Position numbers and translations under genes: made by a program. Positions 56,125-64,000 of a DNA stretch of 64,000 nt are shown in pieces; within the stretch, counting starts at the first letter, position 1; each line of letters begins with the position of its first letter. The notes beneath the pieces were generated by a model, which did not search any database, had not been told where the DNA came from, and saw nothing but the letters and a program-made list of their open reading frames with translations. The stretch comes from Spirochaetia bacterium (lineage in GTDB: Bacteria > Spirochaetota > Spirochaetia > UBA9216): the NCBI GenBank assembly GCA_965140585.1, contig OZ223269.1, positions 512,001 through 576,000 on the forward strand, read 5' to 3'.

Positions 56125-59100
56125 TGGAGAAGAATATGAATATTGGAAAGTTTTCAGTTAAAAACCCTGTTCTTCTGACTATACTTATGATAACTCTCAT
56201 AATATTAGGAACTTTCAGTATGCTGCAGCTTCCTCAGGAACAGTTTGCAGAGGTTCCTTTTTACTGGGTGAATATCATAGTTCCGTATCCCGGTGTTTCA
56301 GCTGAAGATATCGAATCTTCAGTTACCATAAAAATAGAAAACGAAATGGACGGCTTAAAGGATTTAAAGCGTATTCAGTCAGTAAGCAGTGAAGGTTTGA
56401 GTACCGTAAGAGTAGAATTTGATGACGGTATTACAAACGATGAGTTCGGGCGGTATATACAGGATGTTCAGACAAGATTTGCAAGAATTTCTCTACCGGA
56501 CGGGACTCTGCCGGCAATTATTGATGAGTTCTCTTCTGCTGACTTTCTGCCTGTAATTGAAGTAGCTGTCTATGGAAAAATTCCCTACCCGGTGATAGTA
56601 GAAGCCTCGGAGACTCTTGCTTCAGAAATGGAGAAAATTTCACAGGTGTCATCTGTAAGTACTGTAGGAGAACGTGAAAGAAAAATATTTGTTGATGCTG
56701 ACAAATCAAGACTCGAGTCTTTAGGAATAACAATCAGCCAGATTGTAAGAACTATTCAGTCCAATACCGGAAATTACCCCGGTGGTGATTTTAAAACAAG
56801 CGGAAGAGAATACCTTGTGCGCACTGTTGCAGAAGCAGATACATCGGATAGTTTTGATAAACTTATAGTAAGGACAAGCGACTCAAGTGGTGTCGTGCGG
56901 ATAGGTGATATTGCAGAAGTTAAATCTGTTTTTTCTGATTCAGGTGAATATGTCAGGTTTAATGGTGAAGATGCAGTTCTTTTAAAAGTTGCAAAAGTTG
57001 CCGGCGGTGATGCGTCTTCGATAGTTGCAGGAGTGAAAGCTGCCGTTTCAGAATTTCCCTACCAGGAATATCCGGGAATTAAAATACAGCTGCAGAATGA
57101 TTCCACAATTCAGATCAAAGACAGTATAGGCGTTCTGCTGAATAATGCTATGCTAGGACTTATTCTTCTGGTAATAATACTTATTGTTTTTATCGGTTTG
57201 AGAAATGCTATTATGACAGCGTTAGGAATTCCTGTCACATTTGCTATTACGTTTCTGATACTCGATTATCTTGGTGAAACTTTTAACACTAATACGCTTT
57301 TTGGTCTTGTTCTTGTCCTCGGTCTGATTGTTGATCACGCTATAGTCATTATAGAGAACAGCTACCGGCTTCAGCAGGATGGATTAAGCAGGCGGGAAGC
57401 TGCGGTCAAAGGTGTCAATCAGGTTGTAATTCCTGTAATTGCGGCAACAGGTACTACTGTGGCGGCTTTTCTTCCTTTGATGATACTTCCGGGAACCATA
57501 GGTCGATTTCTTCGGATTATTCCTTTAACCGTTTCCATAGCCCTTATCGCCTCCACATTCGAAGCAATTGTATTTATCCCCAGTCACTATGCAGACTGGC
57601 CCTCTGCAAAAACTAAAAAACGTAAAGACTGGTTTATTCCGGTGCGCAATCGTTATAAGAAAATTATTTCATCTGTATACCGGCACAGGGGATTAACTGT
57701 AATCATCTTTATTGTAATGATGCTTGCATCATTTGCTCTGGTGCCCGGGCTTAACCAGGATCTTTTCAGTGCCGAAGATTACAGCTTGTTTTATGTGAAT
57801 ATTGAAATGGCGCCTGGAACTCGGCTCGAGAAAACCCTTGATGTTGTTTCGGAAATGGAAGCCGAATTATTTCCGTTTATCGGCAATGGTGAAATTACTT
57901 CTATTACTTCATCTGCTGGATATTCAGGTGGGAGTTCCGGAAACCTGAGCGGTAACAATGTTGCCCAGATTACTGTCGACCTTGAAGAGGTTAAAGACGG
58001 ACGCACGCGTTCAATACCCGAAATAATCGAGGATGTTAAAAATATTCTGAAAAAGGTCCCCGGGCCTGAAAAAGTTATTTACCGTAAAGCCGCTAACGGT
58101 CCGCCAGTTGAACAGGCTTTCACCATCAGATTCGAAGGTGATGATTATGAAGATCTTAAAACCGTTTCCGCCCTTATTCAGGATAAATTGAGAACATATA
58201 ATGCCCTTGTAAATATCGAAGATAATCTTCAGAACGGTAAACCTGAAATCAGGCTTAAAGTTGACAGTGAACGTGCAAGTGCTTTGGGTGTTTCGGTTGC
58301 AGATGTGGGAAACTTTGTCAGAGCTTCGTTTGACGGAGTCACGGCAACAACAATATTCAGAAAAAATAAAGAGACTGATGTAGTTGTAAGATACAGTCTT
58401 GAAAGACCTGTCGAATTCAGACTGGTTAATCAGATGAAAATTCCTTCCTCCTCAGGAGTCCTTGTGCCTTTTACATCGATCGGTTATGTCGAGCAGGAAG
58501 AGGGCTTTTCATCGATAAAGCGTGTTGACGGAAGAAGAGAGATTACCATTTCTGCAGACGCGTACAATGATGATGCTGTTCCTGAAATAAACACATCAAT
58601 CGAAGAATTTTTTAATACTGAAATATCGCCTGTTTATCCTGAAATTGAGCTGAAGGTAGGAGGGGAGTTCGCAGAGCTTTCAAATCTTATAATCAATATT
58701 CTGAGGCTCTTTCTTATAGGAGCCTTCCTGATTTATTTAATTCTCGGTGCACAGTTTAATTCATATACTCAGCCTGTTTTAATACTGCTGACAGTTCCAT
58801 TTGCTTTTGCCGGCGTTGTCCTTTACCTGTTTTTCTCAGGAACTCCTTTTTCAACTACCGTTCTTTATGCCGGTGTAGCGCTTGCTGGTATCGCAGTAAA
58901 TGATTCTATTGTACTGATCAGCTTTATTAATGAGTTAAAGGAATCAGGTCTGAAAACCGGCGATGCGGTAGTAGAGGCGGCTGCTACGAGGCTGCGTCCA
59001 ATTATGCTTACATCTTTAACAACAATAGCCGGGCTTCTTCCGACAGCGCTCGGTCTTGGAGGAAAGTCTGTAGTCTGGGGTCCTATGGCAACTACCATTG

Positions 59101-59201
59101 TTTTCGGTCTGATATTTTCTACAGCCACAGCACTCCTGTTTATACCGTCATTCTACGGTTTTCTGTACGACCGGAAAAGGAGAATAAAAAATGAGAAATA
59201 A
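56124..59201 (+). CDS. RND efflux permease (AcrB/HAE1-like)
   Basis: FSVKNPV, YPGVSAEDIE, GLIVDHAIV, TTVAAFLP and RLRPIMLTSLTT motifs. Confidence 0.95.
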   Translation: MEKNMNIGKFSVKNPVLLTILMITLIILGTFSMLQLPQEQFAEVPFYWVNIIVPYPGVSAEDIESSVTIKIENEMDGLKDLKRIQSVSSEGLSTVRVEFDDGITNDEFGRYIQDVQTRFARISLPDGTLPAIIDEFSSADFLPVIEVAVYGKIPYPVIVEASETLASEMEKISQVSSVSTVGERERKIFVDADKSRLESLGITISQIVRTIQSNTGNYPGGDFKTSGREYLVRTVAEADTSDSFDKLIVRTSDSSGVVRIGDIAEVKSVFSDSGEYVRFNGEDAVLLKVAKVAGGDASSIVAGVKAAVSEFPYQEYPGIKIQLQNDSTIQIKDSIGVLLNNAMLGLILLVIILIVFIGLRNAIMTALGIPVTFAITFLILDYLGETFNTNTLFGLVLVLGLIVDHAIVIIENSYRLQQDGLSRREAAVKGVNQVVIPVIAATGTTVAAFLPLMILPGTIGRFLRIIPLTVSIALIASTFEAIVFIPSHYADWPSAKTKKRKDWFIPVRNRYKKIISSVYRHRGLTVIIFIVMMLASFALVPGLNQDLFSAEDYSLFYVNIEMAPGTRLEKTLDVVSEMEAELFPFIGNGEITSITSSAGYSGGSSGNLSGNNVAQITVDLEEVKDGRTRSIPEIIEDVKNILKKVPGPEKVIYRKAANGPPVEQAFTIRFEGDDYEDLKTVSALIQDKLRTYNALVNIEDNLQNGKPEIRLKVDSERASALGVSVADVGNFVRASFDGVTATTIFRKNKETDVVVRYSLERPVEFRLVNQMKIPSSSGVLVPFTSIGYVEQEEGFSSIKRVDGRREITISADAYNDDAVPEINTSIEEFFNTEISPVYPEIELKVGGEFAELSNLIINILRLFLIGAFLIYLILGAQFNSYTQPVLILLTVPFAFAGVVLYLFFSGTPFSTTVLYAGVALAGIAVNDSIVLISFINELKESGLKTGDAVVEAAATRLRPIMLTSLTTIAGLLPTALGLGGKSVVWGPMATTIVFGLIFSTATALLFIPSFYGFLYDRKRRIKNEK

Positions 59202-60651
59202 ATTAATAATTCTGTTTATGATATTAGGCGCAGGGTCTTCTGTTTACGGAAGTGATTTTAATGATCTTATAGATGCTGCACTTACTTCTGATAATAAGCT
59301 TAAAGCAGCGCAGTCATCATACAGTTCGGCAATAGCCGGGGCAGCGGCTGAAAATCTGTCTACACTTCCAGGCCTGTCATTTACAACCGACAGTAATAGC
59401 CCCCTCTACAAATACAGTCTGGGTGAAGACTACTATTCATATCCGGTGGAGAGAAAACGAAAGCATACCGCCGGAGCAGGTCTTGCTCTGGATACACTCC
59501 TTCCCGGGGGAGGTCTGCTGAATCTCAGCGGAAGCGGCAGCCTTTTAATTTCTTCTCCAGCTGATGAAGAAACGCTGAGTTATTTCATAACTCCCTCAGC
59601 AGGATTGTATTTTAGGCAGCCGCTGTTTACCGACCGAAGTTCAGAATCTATGATACGATTTGACTCAATAAAGCTTGCCAGAGAATTAACAGTTTTAAGC
59701 GTCAATTCCGAAAGCCGGTCGGTACTAAATACTGAAAATGCTCTTGTTATATCGGTCTATTCTGCTGTTGTAAAAGCCCTGTCAATTAAAATGTCACTCG
59801 AAGTAATTGAACAGAGGATCGCAATTTCTGCTGATTCTCTAAAGCTTGCAGCTGAGGATGAAGCCTCAGGCAAAATAAGCAGGCTGGATTTTATTGCCGA
59901 AGAACTGTCGCTTAGAAGACTGGAAGATATCAGCAGAGAGCTGTCTTACCAGTATGAGGCGGCTTTACGTGATATAAAAAATATTACTGGAAATGAACTG
60001 GTAAAAATGCCTGAGCTTCCACTGATTAAACCTGATAAGACCATGCTGGCAGAACTTGAAGCGGAATTGTTCAGCGGAGCTGTACAGGTACAGGCAGCTT
60101 CTGAACTGAAAAGAATACTGGAAATTCAATCTGCGATTCTTCCTGACGGCACTGAGCCTGTTTTAGAAGTTACTGCAGTGATAAATCCAGGAAATACAGA
60201 TTCTGCCGATGATTTTTTTGAGGCATATGATAATCTTGGTGAAGCCGAATTAAACGCCCAGCTGACTGTAGCTCTTTCATTCGGCCTGATAGACTGGGGT
60301 GAGAATAAAAAAAGAAGAGAATCTGATAAAGCAGAAATTGAAGCTGCTCACTACCTTTTTGAAGATGCTCTAAGGCAGGTAAGTCTTTCATTTGAGAGTG
60401 GCCTGGATTCAATAAAGAATATAGACAGACAGCTTGAATTAATTGAAACGGAACTTGTCTATGATCTTGATCTGCTGGAAAGAGAAAAAAGCCGGGAGCA
60501 GGCTGGTCTTTCAACTTCGCTTGCAGTGAAGGCTGTAGAGCTTGATTACAATGAACAGCTGAATCAGAAGCAATTGCTCATGAATCAGAGGACTCTGGCG
60601 GTATTGAATCTCTACAATATTTCGGGCAGAAGGCTGGCTGAAATATTTTAG
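59191..60651 (+). CDS. TolC family outer membrane efflux protein
   Basis: Signal peptide, alternating helical and beta OEP halves (QPLF, GKIS, GLST), and position after the RND gene. Confidence 0.82.
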   Translation: MRNKLIILFMILGAGSSVYGSDFNDLIDAALTSDNKLKAAQSSYSSAIAGAAAENLSTLPGLSFTTDSNSPLYKYSLGEDYYSYPVERKRKHTAGAGLALDTLLPGGGLLNLSGSGSLLISSPADEETLSYFITPSAGLYFRQPLFTDRSSESMIRFDSIKLARELTVLSVNSESRSVLNTENALVISVYSAVVKALSIKMSLEVIEQRIAISADSLKLAAEDEASGKISRLDFIAEELSLRRLEDISRELSYQYEAALRDIKNITGNELVKMPELPLIKPDKTMLAELEAELFSGAVQVQAASELKRILEIQSAILPDGTEPVLEVTAVINPGNTDSADDFFEAYDNLGEAELNAQLTVALSFGLIDWGENKKRRESDKAEIEAAHYLFEDALRQVSLSFESGLDSIKNIDRQLELIETELVYDLDLLEREKSREQAGLSTSLAVKAVELDYNEQLNQKQLLMNQRTLAVLNLYNISGRRLAEIF

Positions 60652-62318
60652 CCTTCTGTCTCTTTTATATATTTATTGATTTTGTTGGAAGCGGAAGGCT
60701 GGCTGATATTCAATTCTGCGGCTACACCTGTTGATGTACCGTGTTTTTTGTACGCATCAATTATCAGTCTTCGCTCTACTGATTCAAGAATATCTTTCAG
60801 GGAACTGCTGCTGCTTGCTGTATGAAAGATGCTGGCCTTGATTTTTGTAGGCAGCTGTTCTTCGCTTATCATGTAGTCATCGGAAGTGAGAATCATTCTT
60901 TCTATTAGATTCTCAAGTTCCCTGATATTACCCGGCCAGTCGTATTCGACAAGGTAGTCTATCACAGTTCCGGAAAGGGTTCTCTTGAGCCCGTACTTCT
61001 TTCCGATTACATTAACAAAATGATTGGCCAGAGTAAAAATATCTTCCTTCCTGTCTCTCAAACCGGGGATTTTAATGGTTATTACATTAAGCCGGTAATA
61101 AAGATCTTCCCTGAATGAACCCTCATGAACGAGTTTCTCCAGGTTCTTATTTGTAGCTGCGATAAGCCTGAAATCTACTTCCTTCAGGTTTGCTCCGCCG
61201 AGCCGTATAATTTTCTTTTCCTGGATTGCCTTCAAAAGCTTAACCTGCATGTGAAGCGGAAGATCTCCGATTTCATCAAGAAAGAGGGTTCCTTCGTTCG
61301 CAAGTTCAATCAGTCCGGGTTTGCCTTCTTTGCTGGCTCCACTGAATGCTCCCTTTTCATAACCGAATAGTTCCGATTCAAGTAGACTTTCGGGAATTGC
61401 CCCACAGTTTATTTCAATAAACGGGCCTTCACTTCTACCGCTTTGGGAATGCATAATCTTGGCGAACATTGTTTTACCGACACCTGATTCTCCAAGAAAA
61501 AGTACGTTGGCATCAAATCTGGAGATCTTGAGAAGAGTTGCTGATATATTTTTAATTACCTGTGAGCGGCCGATTATTGAAGGAACAGGATCACGATCAT
61601 TTCGCAGGCGGTCAATTTCGGCACTGTATAGTTTTAATGTATCTTCGAGGTTTTCGTATTCATCTTTAAGTGTCTGATATTTGGTTATGTCACGGGTATA
61701 GCTTACAACTTTTTCAATGTTTCCATCCTTGTCTTTTATCGGGATTGCGGTACACATAAGATATTTTCCTGCTCCGGTAAGCTGCAGGAGGGTTTCTGTA
61801 TTTCCGGATTTAAATACTCTGATGGCAACGGAAGGATTAAAAATCTTTTTCTCTTCCATTTCAAAAATTGTTTTTCCGATAGCTTCCTGTCTTGAGATTC
61901 CGTACATAGTCTCGAAATTGGGCATAGCGCTGACAATTACTCCATAGCGATCAATTATTACAAAGTCGTCATGAAGTACACTCAGCATATTAAGAAACTC
62001 ATCTTTCATTGACTGAATTGAGGATAGAGAAAAGGCGGCATCTTCAATATGTGTTGAATCAGAAATAAGACATAGCAGCAGCTCCTGCCCTGCAAGACTG
62101 TAGATATGTATTATAAACTCTTTATCTTTATAAATGAAAAGCAAAAACTCCTGATTCTTTTTTTCATCTCTTGTGCGGATAAGTTCTATAGTCTGTTCAA
62201 GAGAGTTGCCGTTGCTGAAAAAACTGGTAAAAGCCTGATTAGTTTTTATGAGCTGATATTCAGAATCCAGCAGAATTACCGGCTCGGTAAACAGGTTTAT
62301 ATCTATTCTTTCAGTCAA
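60648..62318 (-). CDS. PAS-domain sigma54-dependent activator
   Basis: PAS domain, GESGVGKT, ESELFGYEKGAFSGA, LFLDEIG, WPGNIREL and a C-terminal HTH. Confidence 0.94.
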   Translation of the reverse strand: MTERIDINLFTEPVILLDSEYQLIKTNQAFTSFFSNGNSLEQTIELIRTRDEKKNQEFLLFIYKDKEFIIHIYSLAGQELLLCLISDSTHIEDAAFSLSSIQSMKDEFLNMLSVLHDDFVIIDRYGVIVSAMPNFETMYGISRQEAIGKTIFEMEEKKIFNPSVAIRVFKSGNTETLLQLTGAGKYLMCTAIPIKDKDGNIEKVVSYTRDITKYQTLKDEYENLEDTLKLYSAEIDRLRNDRDPVPSIIGRSQVIKNISATLLKISRFDANVLFLGESGVGKTMFAKIMHSQSGRSEGPFIEINCGAIPESLLESELFGYEKGAFSGASKEGKPGLIELANEGTLFLDEIGDLPLHMQVKLLKAIQEKKIIRLGGANLKEVDFRLIAATNKNLEKLVHEGSFREDLYYRLNVITIKIPGLRDRKEDIFTLANHFVNVIGKKYGLKRTLSGTVIDYLVEYDWPGNIRELENLIERMILTSDDYMISEEQLPTKIKASIFHTASSSSSLKDILESVERRLIIDAYKKHGTSTGVAAELNISQPSASNKINKYIKETEG

Positions 62319-62540
62319 AAAAATCCCTCCGTTGGTATATTAAGAATACCATAAAATAATAATTATTTTAATAGAGTATTACAAACTTAATACATTTAAA
62401 CTTAATAAATTATTTCCTACATAAACGTAGGTTTATATATACTTCAAAAAATTAATATATTTTACCCAAAATGCAAAAATCAAAGGAAATATCAGCAATA
62501 TTTAGCAAATTCAAATAAAATAGACTATAAAGGTGGTTTT

Positions 62541-62557
62541 TTGGCATAAGAAATGCA
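62541..62557 (+). promoter_or_regulatory. Sigma54 -24/-12 promoter
   Basis: TTGGCATAAGAAATGCA with GG-N10-GC spacing, divergent from the activator gene. Confidence 0.85.
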
Positions 62558-62591
62558 TTTAAATTGCAGAATAATAATTTGGAGAAATTAA

Positions 62592-63941
62592 TTGCTTAGA
62601 GAATCTTTACCAAAAATAATTACTGAACTGCCTGGACCTAAATCGAAGGCAGTAATTGAAAGAAGAAATAAAGCTATTCCGTCATCAATTGGATGTGCGG
62701 CGCCGTTTGTAATTGACAGGGGCGAAGGTGCTATGATAGTTGACCTTGACGGTAATATCATAATGGACTGGGTCGGAGGAATCGGCGCCCTGAATATCGG
62801 ATACAGCAATGAAGAGGTGGTTAAGGCTGTACAGGATCAGGCTGCAAGATACTTTCATCCGCAGATAAATACACTGCATTATTCAGAGTATATTGAACTT
62901 GCAGAATTGATAAACGATATTACTCCGGGTGATTACAAGAAAAGAACTGCATTTTTCAACAGCGGTTCTGAAGCAGTTGATAATGCAATAAAGATTGCCA
63001 GAAAGTTCAGCGGCAGGACTGATATAATTGCATATTCTGGATGCTTTCACGGCAGAACCTTTATGGCTATGACTCTAACAAGCGGTCAAGTGTATAAGGC
63101 CGGTTTTATGCCGCTTGCACCGGGTGTCCATCGTGCTGAATTTCCCAATACCTACAGGGCTGAACCCGGAATTCCGGAAGAGCAGCTTGCTGATTTTTAC
63201 CTAGAAAAGCTGCGGTATATGTTTGTTGACTATATTCTTCCTCAGAAAGTTGCTGCTGTAATTATTGAACCTATTCAGGGAGAGGGCGGTTTTATAGTTC
63301 CTCCCATTGAATACATAAAGGGGCTTAGAAAGCTTTGTGATGAATTCAAAATCCTCCTGATTGCAGATGAAGTTCAGACCGGCTACTGCAGAACTGGAAA
63401 AATGTTCGCTACAGAGTACTGGGAAGAAGCGGGTGTTTATCCTGATATTCTAATTACAGCCAAGGCTATGGGAGGAGGACTCCCGATAAGTGCTGTTACT
63501 GCAAGAGAAGAGATAATGGAATCTCTGACTGCAGGTGAAATAGGAGGTACTTACGGCGGAAACCCTGTTGCCTGTGCCTCCTCCTTAAAGGTCATCGAAA
63601 TACTAAAGAGAGACGACTATGCTTCCAAGGCCATGGCCATCGGCGAAAGATGTGAAGCTGCGTTCAAAGACTGGTTTGATAAATATAAGGCAATCGGAAC
63701 ATACCGTGTATCCGGTGCAATGGTTTCTCTTGAATTTGTAAAAGACCGGATTTCTAAAGAACCTGATCCTGAAACTGCAAATAAAATACTTGCAGAGTGC
63801 AGGATAGCCGGATTGGTTCTTAAGACAGCAGGTTCATATAATCAGATAGTAAGAGCTCTTATGCCGCTTGTTGTTACCGATGAGCAGCTTAAAGTTGGTC
63901 TTGAAATCCTTGAGAACGCGATAAAAGCAGTCACAGAATAA
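62592..63941 (+). CDS. gabT: Class III aminotransferase, 4-aminobutyrate transaminase-like
   Basis: NSGSEAV, FHGRT, EPIQGEGG, DEVQTG, AKAMGGG and GGTYGGNP motifs. Confidence 0.88.
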   Translation: MLRESLPKIITELPGPKSKAVIERRNKAIPSSIGCAAPFVIDRGEGAMIVDLDGNIIMDWVGGIGALNIGYSNEEVVKAVQDQAARYFHPQINTLHYSEYIELAELINDITPGDYKKRTAFFNSGSEAVDNAIKIARKFSGRTDIIAYSGCFHGRTFMAMTLTSGQVYKAGFMPLAPGVHRAEFPNTYRAEPGIPEEQLADFYLEKLRYMFVDYILPQKVAAVIIEPIQGEGGFIVPPIEYIKGLRKLCDEFKILLIADEVQTGYCRTGKMFATEYWEEAGVYPDILITAKAMGGGLPISAVTAREEIMESLTAGEIGGTYGGNPVACASSLKVIEILKRDDYASKAMAIGERCEAAFKDWFDKYKAIGTYRVSGAMVSLEFVKDRISKEPDPETANKILAECRIAGLVLKTAGSYNQIVRALMPLVVTDEQLKVGLEILENAIKAVTE

Positions 63942-63960
63942 GGAAAAGGAATAGCTTTAG

Positions 63961-64000
63961 ATGGAATTTGATGTAATTTCAGATATGGTGCAGAAGGCTT
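63961..64000 (+). CDS. Start of next gene (truncated by window end)
   Basis: SD AAGGA, then ATG giving MEFDVISDMVQKA. Too short to identify. Confidence 0.5.
   Translation, partial: MEFDVISDMVQKA

Noticed and set aside
277-62879. Numerous 60-154 aa track ORFs overlapping well-supported genes
   Set aside because: Antisense or alternative-frame ORFs inside conserved CDSs, with no independent initiation signals or motifs.

Overview
Bacterial chromosomal window, most likely from a free-living anaerobic Spirochaetia (Spirochaetales). This is inferred from the spirochaete-like rpsU, RecJ, Maf pair and long acidic proteins. About 1-35 kb is core-like: mcsB-clpC, a DnaQ-like exonuclease, rnz, ilvD, lon, recO-recJ-M23-rpsU and serC. 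It also holds a putative sigma28 operon of two very acidic proteins plus two Maf flagellin glycosyltransferases. About 35-52 kb is an AT-rich, decaying accessory zone: GNATs, trpB2, yaaA, a PIN-like orphan, a 7TM-AraC/lipoprotein pair, and several pseudogenes including a dead oxyR-ybaN-katG locus. 52-64 kb holds a Re-citrate-synthase-Cache fusion, an RND efflux operon with a divergent regulator, and a sigma54 gabT locus. No rRNA, tRNA, CRISPR array, transposase or integrase was seen. Best leads: (1) an XRE-HTH regulator with the CarH-type B12 photoreceptor signature and twin operators over the RND efflux promoter; (2) the sigma28 acidic-repeat scaffold/Maf operon; (3) a catalytically dead caspase-fold lipoprotein coupled to two orphan ABC permeases; (4) a probable AUC start codon for rpsU; (5) a candidate anti-SD small RNA. 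All family assignments come from motif recognition by eye, without database searches.
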